A stretch of DNA of 63,130 bases, the filler included, from Rhabdomonas costata (Eukaryota), in the NCBI GenBank assembly GCA_019059605.1. It is 21 parts of 21 records of this genome, joined end to end, with 100 filler letters (N's around TTAATTAATTAA, not from the genome) between each part and the next. Parts side by side here need not be neighbours in the genome. Positions count along the whole stretch, not along the records: positions 48,202 to 51,108 come from JAHMHO010001757.1; positions 51,209 to 54,114 come from JAHMHO010001758.1; positions 54,215 to 57,120 come from JAHMHO010001759.1; positions 57,221 to 60,126 come from JAHMHO010001760.1; positions 60,227 to 63,130 come from JAHMHO010001761.1; 16 more parts are not named here. One strand, given 5' to 3'. The notes under the pieces were generated by a model. That model had not been told where the DNA came from and did no database searches. It worked only from the letters and a program-made list of their open reading frames with translations. The number at the start of each line of letters is the position of its first letter. Position 1 is the stretch's first letter. A program made the translations under genes and the position numbers. Shown here piece after piece: positions 49,188-62,073 of this stretch.

Positions 49188-50655
49188 TCACCGCCAGCTC
49201 GTGTTGACGTATTGCTCCGTCTGCATCTCCATCAGCCTGCTGACCGTCCGGATGGTGGCAAAGCAGTCCGCCTCGAGCTCCGTGCCTGCGACCACGAAGA
49301 GCTTCGGCGGGGGGGCCTCCGCGGTGCACACCAGCTTCACCTTCCGCTCATAGCAAATGTCGATCAGGGTGATGAACCTCCGGGCCTCGCTGCTATCCAC
49401 AGGGGACATGATCTGCACATCCCCAACCGAAGAGGACGAAAAGAACGGAGCGCAATGACAGTTGATGCCGGAGACCAAAACAAGTAGCAAAGTAGTCGTT
49501 ACGGGGAGCTGAAAAGTTCAGCTGTACTCAACGCCTTTGCCGCTTTCGTGTGATTTGGTGGCAAACAGCGTTGACGACCACTGCTCTGGGCGGCTGGAGT
49601 GGGCGGCTGAGCCGGGGGAGAGGGAAGTACATGCGAATTTCCGTTCGCGTCTAACAGTATTGAATACATACCAGGGTGAAAGAACGTAACTTTCGAGATG
49701 GTAACGTTTCGAACACGAGGTCAGTAAACCTGTGCCAGCACACCTAATACGTTGGTCAGATTTTTAGAAAGAGATAAAAGATGGCTGTTGAATGGTGCTA
49801 AACGATGCACGCCAAAAGTGTGATGCACCCCAAACAGATTCATCGAGGCAAGGGAGACGGAGAGTGTGGGGCTTCAGACACATGCCGGAATTCTGGTGAC
49901 AAAGAGAGTGGGGAAGGCATCCGCGATGGCGATGTAGTCCGCGGCAGCCAAGTCTTGCCCGCAAAGATCTACGAAATAGGAACGGAAAGACCACCGCAAC
50001 ACCAACAGTCTGCAGAATGAAATCAAGTGTCCCATCTCACGCGCAGCCATACCCTTCCTTTGCTTCACCCTCACTGAAGCATGCTAAGACCTCCCAAGTT
50101 AGGGCTAATGTACTTCTATAGCAGGCTACACCGTAAGCTGGGAGTTTTTAAGCACGGCGCACCACAGGATGCCGCGAGTACCACGGGCATAAATATTGGG
50201 TAAAAAGACTTCTGTTCAAAATGTCACAAACGAAATTCTCAGTTTTGGGGTGTTACTAGACTTATTACTGGACAAGTCCCATGTGGGCACAACTAGACGC
50301 AAAACAACACCGCTTGCTATAAAATCAAGTGGAGGGCCGCGGGCACGAGAGAAAGCATAGTTCAAGTACGTATGAACCCAAGACAAGACGCTGTCGCAAG
50401 GAAGCGGGTCAGGTCAGAGTTTGGGATCCCCTCCCCAAACCCTGACTCTTCAGTGCAAGGTAAGACAGGAATGGACCAATGGCGTGGTATTTGATATGTG
50501 TAGGGGTACCCACCTTTAAAAGAAAAGCGAGCCAGCCCTGACACGGCCCAAGGTACACTGACGACGTGGCCCTGCACCTCCAGCTGCAACCTCTCGGGCT
50601 CTGGGTCGGGCCCCACCAGCTTCAGGAAGAGCTTCTCCGACTTCATGATGTTCTC
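49188..50655 (-). CDS. AFG1: AFG1/LACE1/ZapE-family ATPase (C-terminal part)
   Basis: Exons 50655-50514, 49968-49886 and 49412-49188 give ARFSFK|DLCGQDLAAADYIAIA...RIP|IM...EARRFITLIDICYE...FATIRTVSRLMEMQ. Ends at TGA. Confidence 0.93.
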
Positions 50656-51221
50656 CTGAGGCCACAGGACAGAATTCCGCCGAACAAGTGTACACCCACA
50701 GGCTCACCCCATCTGCGTCTCTGTTGTGGTGTGTGTTTGTGCATGTGGAGTGACGAAAGAAATGGCAAAATCATCGATTGCAAGAGACCAAGGAGCGTGA
50801 ATTGACCAACAATGATCAGAGTTTCAGCCAGGCGTGCGCGGACGAGGAAAAAAGAGGGGAAATGGGGAAAGGTCTAAGGGTGGGAGGAATATTGAAATCT
50901 AATGATCAGGGGGGAGGGCATTATCAAGAAAAGGGAAGGCTGAATACATGTGAGGATAGGGGCGGCGGGAGAGTGGTAGGAGGACAGGAGGATGCCTGAA
51001 TGACCGGTTTTAGAAGGAGATGAGGCGTGATTACAAGGTTGGTATGCAGTCTGGGGTACGCGCAGTAAATGTGAGACAGTGGAAACGCTGCATGTTGACC
51101 CCAAAACCNNNNNNNNNNNNNNNNNNNNNNNNNNNNNNNNNNNNNNNNNNNNTTAATTAATTAANNNNNNNNNNNNNNNNNNNNNNNNNNNNNNNNNNNN
51201 NNNNNNNNGGTGCACTCACAG

Positions 51222-53851
51222 GACCACGAGGAGCTGCGGCAGACCCGGGAGCGCGCGGTGCGGGAGCTGGGGCGGCTTCTGGAGGCCCTGCGGGGGGTGG
51301 CTGGAGTGCACCCCGAGCTGCTGTCTGGGTTCCTGACTCGCCCCGAGGGCCTGATCGGGCTGCTGAAGGTGGACAGCGAGGAGGCCCGCGGGCTGATCGT
51401 AGAAGCGGCTTGCGCCATCTTTGCGGCGAACCCCGGCTATTCCCGGCGGTACCCCGAGGTCTGTGCGGCTGCTTGTGGGCGTCTGTGGGTGCCGTAGGCG
51501 TGGGTGTTGTATTGTGAAAGCCAATGGACTGACAACTAATGCGGGGCTCATTTTCTGGGAACCGAGGGATTAGTACGTGATTTCAGGGATGGGACATGTC
51601 TTCCCGCCACCGCTCCTGAGTTTGTATGGTCTTCTTCGGTCTTTGCCATGGATGTTCCCCATTTCTGTCCTATTGCCTTGCCATACGCCCTCCTCTTTTC
51701 ATAACCCCTGCGCATCTACACCTATCCTGCTGCCGACGTCTTGCGAATCGCTCGCTGGGCATGTATGCTATGTTCATCGCGGACCGCTAAAAGGAACCGA
51801 GGAAGCTGAAGTCATGTCTGCTTTACTTTGGCGCAGGTGTACTCGCGGTTGCTGGAGCGGTGCCGGGACAAGGCCAGAAAAGTTCGGCAGCGGATGGTTA
51901 ATTTCTGCAAAGTGGTTCTTCTCCGGGACGGTACCGCGGCGGTCTCATCGGAGTCCACCGCCCTGCTCAATGCCCTCCTCGAGGTTCCACATTCTGCATA
52001 CACACATATCCTTTCCCATGTCATTTTCATTAACTGAAATAGGCACTCGTGCAAAGTCTTCTGTAGGCCAGTTCATGATTGACTCAAAAGATGCACCTTT
52101 CGGTAAACGCACTCTGCATCTCCATAGGTCAAAGAGCATTCATTTCTGTACCATATTCCCCCTTTCCCTCCTCTGCTGCCACTTTCCGTTCCCAACATTC
52201 ATTCTTCTTTCTGCGGGCAGGCACTGAAGGATAGGGAGGACAGCATTCGGCGGACTACAGTGGAGGCCTTCTGCGCCATGGCCCGAAGCCACCCCGATAC
52301 CGTTCCCGAAATTCTGATCCGGTTCGGGCTTCCTCTGCTCTTCCTTCCATACATACATGCTCGCACACACAGACGTACCCCTCTCACCCCGCTACCTTCT
52401 CTAAGATTTTTTTGTATGCGAACGGATGCTCAAGGGGGAGTGACGATTCAGATCACATCTCTCTGTATTGCTTCCTTGACTTGACCACCGCGGAGGGTAC
52501 CTCTTGAGTATGCTCATTGCGCACTTTCCATTCACCCATGAACAATTACAGTCAGTGATATTGTTCGCACTGGCACGTACTGTCGAAAGCGCCCCTCCCC
52601 TTCCAAAGGGCTGTGGAGCTTCAGGTGCGGGCGGAGAAGAAGCTTGCGGTGAGGCTGCAAATGCTGCAGCAGCTGTGCGGGGTGTATGCCACCCTGGCCC
52701 CAGGGTGGGCGCAGGACCCCAAGGGTCTTTTTACTCGGTGCGCTTTAATGTGTGATGTGACGATTTTGAATGCCCTCCTATGGTGTAGGTAAAGGTAAGG
52801 TTCAGCGCTAGTTTGGACCCAAGTCTATGTCCCGCTACCGTGCTACCGGGGTATAACCACGCATCCCAATCCCAGTGCAATGTATATTCTTAAAATGGGG
52901 TGGGGTTCAAAGGGATGGAACATAAGTTTGGGATGGGCTCCGCCTTTCGCTGTTCCCCTTGGATGGATAGATCAACTCAGCGCTGATTTTGTTGCCCCCC
53001 GCCCCCAACAAACTTCTTTCTTTCTGCACTTGTCGTATTAGTCCTGTAAACTAGCGTGGGTTTGAGGTGGTGAGGACCCTGTGGTGCTGGGATTGTTGAG
53101 CACGAATATATGATACATGTGATGCATTGCCGAGGCGTGCCATTTGTTACCTTGTATGCTTGGTTGCTTTCCCTTCGGCCGAACCATCCCTCCCATGCAG
53201 TAAGTGCATATTCCTTGTGTTGCCTTCCCCCCTTGGTGGAGGCCAGCTGCCTGTTTGGAAACGCGTCTTCAAAATTTAGACTCCCCCTTCTCCCCTCCTG
53301 CCACAGCCGAGAGAACTTCAAGTGGGTTCCCCCACTAGTGGTCTCTTTCTACCTGGACCGAGGGGACGAGCTGCACGACCACGGCATGCCTGTGCCCTCA
53401 GCTTTGTTAGTTTCACCCTTGAAGAGGTTTCCCGTGGTGCTGCCTTTTATGTTCATCGCTCCCCCGTCGGGTCTGTGCACTTCGTTTGGGTATCCGGGAC
53501 GCCATGCCTCTTAAGCGTTGCCGCCGTCTCGTACACCGCCGCGTTGGTAGTGGGCGGTTGCCAGCATTATGTTCACGTTTCATTCATCAAAATGACTGGA
53601 CAGCGTGAAGTTGTGCGATCGATATGGCCCTGCGACTTCGTTGAAAAGACTTGAAAGGAAGGTCCTGGCGGGAAGGCAAAGGATAGGGGGCGGGGGCGTC
53701 CAAAACAGTGCTGGGGCTGGTCCGAGCGCTTCTCCCGCAACCCCCCTCGTCATCCTCTCCTGCCACGGCGGAGGCGTACGCCCGGGCCTTCATGGACCTG
53801 TACTGCTGTCTGGGAGCTGCCGCGGAGGCCAAGGATGGGGCTCTCCAGCAG
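51222..53851 (+). CDS. PDS5: PDS5-like HEAT-repeat cohesin regulator (partial)
   Basis: Exons 51222-51458, 51837-51983, 52221-52321, 52609-52704, 53307-53383 and 53709-53851. RCRDKARKVR, LKDREDSIR, EKKLAVR...LCGVY and FKWVPPLVVSFY occur in PDS5 order. Confidence 0.75.
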
Positions 53852-55954
53852 GTGGAGTTTGCGTGAGTGCCCTTGGTTGCTCTGGAAATTGAAAGAGTCC
53901 CCGCGTATTGTCGACATTCTCCGTCCTTTTTTGTGCCTTTCTCGCCTTAAGAGGCGTTCGGGACACCCCCCTCCTGAGCTTCGAATATCCAAGTTCTCGC
54001 GTCGAACTCTTGTCCAGTTTTAGAAGGGAGTGGACAGAACATTTTGATGTTATTACCCAAAAGTGGGCATCGCATTCTGGGTAATAACATCAAAATGTTC
54101 TGTCCACACCCACCNNNNNNNNNNNNNNNNNNNNNNNNNNNNNNNNNNNNNNNNNNNNTTAATTAATTAANNNNNNNNNNNNNNNNNNNNNNNNNNNNNN
54201 NNNNNNNNNNNNNNTGTGGTGGGTGGCGTGACTCCCCTTCGTGCTTTACTGCATCTGTCTTTTTCATTGTGTCCCCTTTTTCTGTCTGCTATGGCATCAC
54301 CATCTCCCTTCTTCATTGCGGTAAGACACACAGACACACAGGTCCCTTACTTTCTTCTGACCATGCTGGTGTCAGCTTTCACCTTTGATCAGCATCACGC
54401 TTACACTCAGGTGCACTTGCACGTTGGAGTGAATACTTTCGGATGGCGCAGCTCTTTTTCGCAGTCAATCCTCTCTCGCTGATTTCTGCAATGAGCGCTA
54501 ACGCTTAATCCTCTGCCTCATTCAGCCCAAAAAAAAACTTCATTCCATGCAACCGTCCTCGCCGCCCCCTCGGGCCACACGATGGATCGCAGGAAATATT
54601 TCCTCGCAGAAGCGCACAAAGGCACCCTACCTGGTATTTGCAGTCTTCCACTTCTCTTTTCATCACTCCGAACTTGTACGCGGCAGCCTTTTGTACGCGG
54701 AACCTTTTGGACTACAGTGATCGTGCCCTCTCTCTCGCCTCTCGCCTTCCTCCTCGTGCCAGGTATATCCCTGTGCAAGTCTCCGGGCACCTTGGCACAA
54801 GTCAACTTCACCTCTTGCCTTTCTTTCTCTCCTCTTGAACGCAGGATCTGCGTCGTGTCTCCCGGTCCCTCCGGTCCCTGGCTCCGATGTGCACAACCTG
54901 TACTTTGTGCTGTAGCTGTTTTTCATTTTCGTTTGCCCTGTCAGCCCGAGAGAGGCCTCCATCAGCACGTTGGCCTGTGGGCATTCCTCATTCCGTTGCT
55001 TGTCCGCAGTGTGTGTGTGTGTGTGTGTGTGCACTAGTGGAGGATCTAGTGCAAGGGCCTCTGCGGAGGGTAGTAGGTGGCATAGTGTGCCTGCGGGAGT
55101 GTAGCCTGACTTCTTTTTTGTGTGTGCTGTGCGGGTGGAGGGAGCCTCCTGGGCTCATTGGCTCGTGGCTTGTGTAAGTGGGTTGAGAGGGCTGAGCTTT
55201 TATCTTTTTTAGCCCTCTTTTTTTTCCATCTGTGATCAGCGGGATAACTTCTTGCACGGGATTTCATGCCGATTTTCGCCTTCGGAGGGGTAGGTCAGAC
55301 CTACGGGTTTGGAATGCCAAGAGTTTTCTCGATGATACGGCGCGCGTCTTGTCACAAGTGATAGTTCAGCCCTCGAGATGTGATGCGAGATGTGATAACC
55401 CACATAAGGTCGTTAGAAAACTGACCAAGGAACCCACGGGTTTGGAATCCCAAGAGTTTTTATGATTATAAGTGGAGGTTAGACGAAATGCTAAGGATAG
55501 AGAAGAATTGACAGGATGGGAATAGGGGCGGTCGAGGAGTAATGGATTTAAAGCAAATATTCGGCAACCCGTGAAAAAGCCGTGCTCTGTACTCTGGGTC
55601 GGGGACCTTACGATATAAAGTAGGTTACACCGTAAACCCAGAACCCGTGGGAAAAGGGAAAAGGCCCCTATGCGCAAGCGGAAGCTCATCATGGCATTTT
55701 TGGAGCGTTCCCAGTACCAGTTGTAAGTGGATCTTGTAAGATACTAAGCTCTGAGTTTTTGGGGTGCAACTTACCTTTGTTCCGATATGTGAGGGTGTCT
55801 GCCATGGCGCGTACCACGAGCCTGCTCCTCCTGTTCTTCTTTTCCGTAAGTGGCGGCTGCGAGCTCGTTTCCTGAGAGGGATCTTTTCCAGTTGCACATC
55901 TGTGGTGTTCTCACTCTTTTGACAGTCGTGTTGTGCCCCCCCCCCTTTGGGGAA

Positions 55955-56924
55955 ATGACCTGCGACCAGCCTCCGCACTGCTGGGTGACCGCCCGGATGG
56001 ACGGGAAGGTTGCCGTGGTGACCGGCGCCAACTCTGGAGTGGGGAAGCAGACCGCCTTGGCGCTGTACGGGGCGGTGTGCAGCCTGGCTTTGTTCGCTTT
56101 GTTCGCTTCCCAGCCATCCTTGGAATCTATATGGACCTGCTTGTTTGACTAGTTGGATTATGAGGTGGGTGGAGCGTACGCACCCCTTCAGTGTGCTGTA
56201 TGGCTGCTGATCTATCATCCCTGGGAATGCTATGAACAAATTTGTCGCCACACGCGTGCCCATGCAAGCAGGCAGTGGAGGTTTCCCCTCTTTTCGTTGG
56301 ATGTGCTCTGTCATTGCTGGTGAGCACCGCACCTTCAATGGGAGCCATTGCTATTTCGTGTGTGTTGTGTGTTGGGGGGAGGGGGCGTTTAACGTTTGGG
56401 AGTTCCATAAGGAGCATCGTACACTCCATGCCACGTCCCAACTCGCCCCCCGACGCTTGCTTCTGCCACCACAAGAAAAACGTCCCACTCGTCCGCATTC
56501 CCATACCAATACCAATACCAAGTGTGTAAACGCTGCTCAGTGATCATTTGGAATCGATAAATAATGCACTGCAAGAGGTGCGCAAATCCCCCACAAAGAA
56601 GGCACTCACCCTGGAAACTGCAAAGGAGCCTGGGCGCAAAGACTTCGTTTTTCACTTCCACGTTGCCGGTTGGTGTGCACGCGCACATACCATGGCATCT
56701 TCATGACGCACATGGTGTTATGGTTTCATTTTTTGGTGTCGATTTGCGGGGAGGGGGCGGATGGACAATGAGGACCGTGGTTCTCTTTGGACAGGATCGC
56801 ACCATTCTCGGATTTTTCTTCCACCACCGCACCCTGACGTCTACTATAGGGGGCAACCGTTGTGCTGGCGTGTCGGTGCCAAGATCGAGCCAAGCGCGCG
56901 GTGGAGGAGATTCAAGCGACCTGC
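55955..56924 (+). CDS. Short-chain dehydrogenase/reductase, retinol-dehydrogenase-like (partial)
   Basis: Exons ~55955-56074 (GKVAVVTGANSGVGKQTALAL) and 56850-56924 (GATVVLACR...AVEEI). Confidence 0.9.
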
Positions 56925-57651
56925 GTGAGTCTCTCGGATTGCGGGACTCTTCAGGTGTTGCCCTTCTGCCCCGATCTGTTGTCCAATACCCACGTTGTAA
57001 TGACTCACTTCTGCTGGCTCGTGGGCGGGTTCTAGGAGACCCAACGTCAAGTGAACCACAGACCACACACTGCAGTAAATTGTGCCGCAGCTTGACCGGC
57101 TCAGTGGTTCACTTGACGTTNNNNNNNNNNNNNNNNNNNNNNNNNNNNNNNNNNNNNNNNNNNNTTAATTAATTAANNNNNNNNNNNNNNNNNNNNNNNN
57201 NNNNNNNNNNNNNNNNNNNNGTTGTGGGGTGAGAGATACCCATCGCGTGGGACCACGAGGTCCTCCGGAGAAGAAACCGGGAGGGGGTTGGCAGATTCCG
57301 AGTTTCGAGAAAATGGCAGGGGACACTGCGGGATTAAAACTCAGCTGCTCGGAGTTCAGGGGGGGTTCTATCCTTATCCTTTCGAAAATATTATGGTATT
57401 CATGGAGGGAGAGAGGGAAACCAAAAATAACCATCCGACCCCGTAGGATCTTGAAAATCAGCGCGTGGGCTCTTCCGATTGAGTACGAGCCGGTTGGCGC
57501 AGTACCCGGACCCTCCCCGCGCCGTGCTTAACCCCCATCGGAAAAAAGGGGTTCACAGAGAAGGTACGCGAATACGCAAACCGAACAAAACGCAGACAGA
57601 CGCACGCACACTCTCTCAGCTATGGGTGCACGTGACATGGGAGATACGGAC

Positions 57652-58522
57652 CGATGACATCATCGACAAACGCCGCGCAGACGATGAGCTGCCCAAAGGC
57701 GCTGGTGAGCTGCTTGGCCTCCGTCAGAAGCTTGATCGCCACGGCATCCGAGGTGTTCTGCAGGGTCAGCCCCATGGCCAGGCCGTGCGGGAATATGGGG
57801 AATCCCAGCGCCAACATGAACAGCATCCCGGCCACCGTGGGTAGGATCACACCAATAACGGCCACAACCGCCGCTCGAGGCCCCACCTTTGGATATGAAA
57901 CCGAAAGGGTGTCGGGTTGACGCACGCGAACACCATTAGTCAAATGTCCATCCTTCCATTCTTTCTGCTAGTTCTCTTTGGTAAGGATGTGAGAGGCTTC
58001 GTAACTACAAGTGAGACGAAAAAGGGGGATCAAAGACGACTCGCGGCAGATAAAGGATGAAACGGGGAGTATACCCCGTGATCGCGAGTAAACGGCATTA
58101 TGACATTTTTGAATAAAACTCTCACATTCACACGCCATGCCAGCGAGGTTAGTAGTGGCGCATGAAAGTTTTCTCCGATGCTTGCTATTGTTCCCTTTCT
58201 TTTGGCACGCGTGTACGTGTGAGTATGCGGGGGGGAGGGGCGATACCTTGGGCAGGACATCAAAGTGAATGTTCAGCCCGCTCTGAAACATGATCAGGGT
58301 CACCCCCAGCGCTCCCATGAGGGCAAACGCCTCGCGGTAGATCTTGAAGTATTCGTCCAGGCTGGAGCCCGCAAAATATACGAAGAACCCGTTGGTGGCA
58401 ATGCCCACTAGGAGCTCTCCCACCATGGGGCTCAGCCCGATCATCCCAAAGAGGTGCCCCACGAAGCGCACCGCCACAATGAACATCACGCACGCCAGCA
58501 GGTTCTCAAACTCCACCGCCAT
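57652..58522 (-). CDS. Cation:proton antiporter, CPA2 family (N-terminal part)
   Basis: Exons 58522-58247 and 57886-57652. Motifs SPMVGELLVG, LGVTLIMFQSGL, NTSDAVAIKLL and GQLIVCAAFVDDVIG. Confidence 0.9.
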
Positions 58523-58917
58523 TGTGGGGGAGAGCGCAGAGAAAGGGCAGAGGGTGGTTCTGGACCTGCTGCTCTGCCGGCCTTACGTCCTGCAACTGCC
58601 ACCCCACCTCGCGCCCTCAAATCCAGCAGCGGTCCGGGCGCCAGATGTCGGTTGAGTATGAATTCGGGAGGGCTATGCGCAGCGAGTGTGAACCCACACC
58701 CCACTCAGTTCAGCTAGCCTCTCTTTCTTAAAAGGGCTTTCTCTCTTTCGTCTTCGTCTTCTTCTGGTTTATGCTCTGCCTCTCGTCCCCACCTCAGGGA
58801 GGAGCAGCGCTCCAACAACACACTTCAGCTGCGTGAAGAGTTCACAGCAGCTGCGAATGAAAAATAGTTGAAAAGACTGCCCCTCTGAAAAAGACGAAAA
58901 AAGACGAGAAAAAAAAA

Positions 58918-58953
58918 AGACGAAGACGAAGACGAAGACGAAGACGAAGACGA
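58918..58953 (+). repeat. (GACGAA)n microsatellite
   Basis: Direct inspection. Confidence 0.9.
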
Positions 58954-59733
58954 AAATATATTCCTTATGATCTTGTTCAAAGGCGCTAGTCAGTTGGGGG
59001 CACCCAGGCAATTGTTGGGAACTTGGGGCCTGTTAAGAAAGTCGGTTGGGTTATATGATGGACTCGTCCTCCCAGTTGTTGGGAGTAAGCGAACACAAGC
59101 TCATCACCGATTGCCCGGTTGTGTAGCTTTTGTGAGAGTTGGTCAATGAGGGGGAGTTTTTAGGGGGTTTGGGTCCAAAATAGAACTTCTACCCGTTTTT
59201 TGGCGAATCCCCAAAGTTGTGTTAAAGACTTCGTCGGCAAATATCGGCTTCATTGGCGAATATCAAATAAGAAAAATAAGATTCCAATCCCAACTGCGGG
59301 TGTCTCCCGAGTTCAGGGGTTTATGCCCTTCTTTCATTCTTCATTCCACTGAAGGTTGTTGCCTTAACAAGATGCGGAGAGGTAGTGCAGCGCGGCCACC
59401 AGAACAGAGTCCTTTGAGAGCAGCGCGTCACCCGCCATCTCCCTTCCCACTGGGGAAAGACCAGGAAAGGGAATAATGTACACCCCGATTTCCAGGGAAG
59501 AAATGAGAGCAAAGGAAAGGCGTTGCGTAGAAACCTCCAAAGGTATCATAGGATCCCAGCATTCCGATGGAACCAGCACGAAAACCCAAAAATACTGACA
59601 CCAAACGGGCGACTAAAAGGCTCACCTTCTCAACCCACCCTTTTCGCTTGACCCTTTTCCTACCGCATTTTGGCGGTTACTTTGGGAAAGCTTACGCTGT
59701 CCCGCACACTTCCGCTCAATGGTCCTCCCGCAG

Positions 59734-60094
59734 TCAAGTCTCACGTGTCCCCTCGCCAAGGGGTTCGCTCCCATCACAGTCATCCTCCAAGTCCTGCAGC
59801 ATCACTTCCTGCTCACTGGGATCTCCCCCTGGGGGCGGCGGCTCCGCTGTGGCCCCAGAGACCCGCTGCGTGAAAACAGGCTGCCCCTCAGAGGTGCCTT
59901 CTCCACGTTCCTGCTCGTGCACCTCCATCTCCTCACCTTCGTCATCGCCATCGCTTTCGCAGACTTCTACGGCCTCCACACTCTCAGCCTCTTCATCCTC
60001 TCCATCTTCCTCATCCTCCTCTTTGTCATCGTCATTATCGTCGTCGTCGTCGTCCCCAGAGCTGTCACCAATTGGTCCAACCCCACCCCCCATC
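59734..60094 (-). CDS. Highly acidic (D/E-rich) probable terminal exon
   Basis: A ttttag acceptor is followed by GDDDDDDNDDDKEEDEEDGEDEE... and a TGA. Confidence 0.55.
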
Positions 60095-60266
60095 CTAAAA
60101 TTGCATGTTTGTTGCTCCACCCAACCNNNNNNNNNNNNNNNNNNNNNNNNNNNNNNNNNNNNNNNNNNNNTTAATTAATTAANNNNNNNNNNNNNNNNNN
60201 NNNNNNNNNNNNNNNNNNNNNNNNNNGTTGTTTTGTGGTCACCTCTCCCTTTCCACCCTGTTCAAG

Positions 60267-62073
60267 GGCGCGGGGGGACTGGACGGTGCTGTGGTTGTGA
60301 CTACTCCACAGGACGTCGCTATCGCCGATGTCAGGTCCTTTCGAAATTTCGTTGATTTTTGCACGAATGCGGGTGCTCCCATATATGGATATATGGTGGA
60401 AGTCGTGCGGTTTATCAGTGAAGAGTAGATGCTGGCGTGGCTTTCACTTTAGCATTCTTGATTTTGGCTCTTGGTCCCAACGACAAGGTGTCTGTGTTCC
60501 CTTTGTATCGACGGACTTTTTCTGTAATGTTTTCTTTCGTCCCCGATTCGTGCACACATTGAAAACGGGTCCTTCAAACGCGCTTCCCACCCGTGGCACA
60601 GAGTAAAAAGGTTACCTGGCGCGTTGATCCACTGGGGCCTTCTTTCGGGCACAGTCACGGTAGTCTTCCAAAGTCCAAGCTAAGGCGCATGCATTCTGAA
60701 TCGCACTGAGATCGACAGATGCTCCATTGTCTGCATGTATGCTGAGTGAGTATGCATGCTGATTTGTCTGAGTATGTGGCGTGATGCACAGGAAGGAGTT
60801 GAACTTTTGCAAGAAGGCACAGATCCGAGTCCTGGGCATCGTGGAGAACATGAGCGGCTTCGTGTGCCCCAAGTGCAACCGCAGCACGGAGATCTTCGCT
60901 CCTCAGAGAAAGCCGGGGCAATCCAAGACCGGGGGTTTGCCATTTTGGTGGGCTGGGTGGAGTGGAGTGAGAGGTGGCCATCGGAGCGTTGATGTGCAAG
61001 TGGCATCCCGTGGACTTAAACTCATTATGGATGCGTCTCATATTTTCTTCCTTGCACCTCAGTGAGTGGTGGGTGGGTTCCGAAGCGGGAATACCGGTTT
61101 ATGAATGACAAAACGAATAAAACCTCCGACCGGTGGCACTCCCGCGCGCAGTGGCACAGAGGACTCTGGAGACGGTGCGGCCTCCATAAAGTGGGTCAAC
61201 AGAGTTTTTTCGGGTGACTAGCTTCTTCCAAACCAGCACACCTCAGGAGCTTTCTGGAGCATAATATGTTGGAGGAACTGTACAAAAGAGATGGTTTCTT
61301 TGTACAGGGGAGCTGCTGGCCGAGGAATTTGGAGTCCCGTTTCTTGGGCGGATTCCCATCGACCCGAGGCTGATGCAGTCCTGCGAGGAGGTTCCCCCAT
61401 TTTTGTGCCTCTCCCCTTACCTCAGCCCCTTGAGCGGCTGTATCTGATGCCAATCTCATGCAGCTGAGTGAGCTGCACTTCCGGCTCTCTCAGTCACTCA
61501 TGATGATCAAATAGGTGTGAATGATAGCTGAAAAATCAATGTCCTGCTTCCTGGAGTCACGTGTTGCGCCGGGTGAGTCCAATCGCTGGCTAGCCAAAGG
61601 TTTGCCCCTATCCCACATCGTTCACCTGCGTTGGGTCGTATGTGGTCTGCGCATCGCAGGGCTTGACTGAAGTGACTTGCTAGCATCCCGTTTCGGAAAA
61701 GAGGGTTGAGTGACAGGATGAGTAGGGTGCTGCCAGGAGACCCTCTGTGCGGCAGGCAGCGGCGCAAATTATATGTACGAGTCGCCAGTAGGCGTACACG
61801 CCAAAATGAAATAATTGAAATAACCAGCTTAGGGCGTTTTATAAAGCGCTGCATTTGCACACATTCCGCAGCCCTTTGCTCCTGCTTTGCCCTCAGCAAT
61901 CCCTTGTGGGCAGTTGTGTCAATGAAAATCATTTTGTCTCTCTTTGTGTGCAGGGGGAAGCCCTGTCCGCGCGGCACCCCAGTTGCGCTGCCTCGGAGGC
62001 CTTGGCCACAGTGGCTGCCAAGCTGGCTCAGGCCATTGACCTGAGCACCGGCCGCCTTCCCGTCTTTGAGTGA
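60267..62073 (+). CDS. NBP35: Cytosolic Fe-S assembly P-loop NTPase, Nbp35/NUBP family (C-terminal part)
   Basis: Exons 60267-60334, 60792-60934, 61308-61390 and 61954-62073 give [25 protein letters not shown]...[14 protein letters not shown]...FLGRIPIDP. Nbp35 vs Cfd1 cannot be settled without the N-terminus. Confidence 0.9.

Noticed and set aside
54030-54114. 30-bp perfect inverted repeat at a contig end
   Set aside because: Same pattern: flank gggagtgg versus primer-like gggtgtgg. Most likely an artefact rather than a terminator or MITE.
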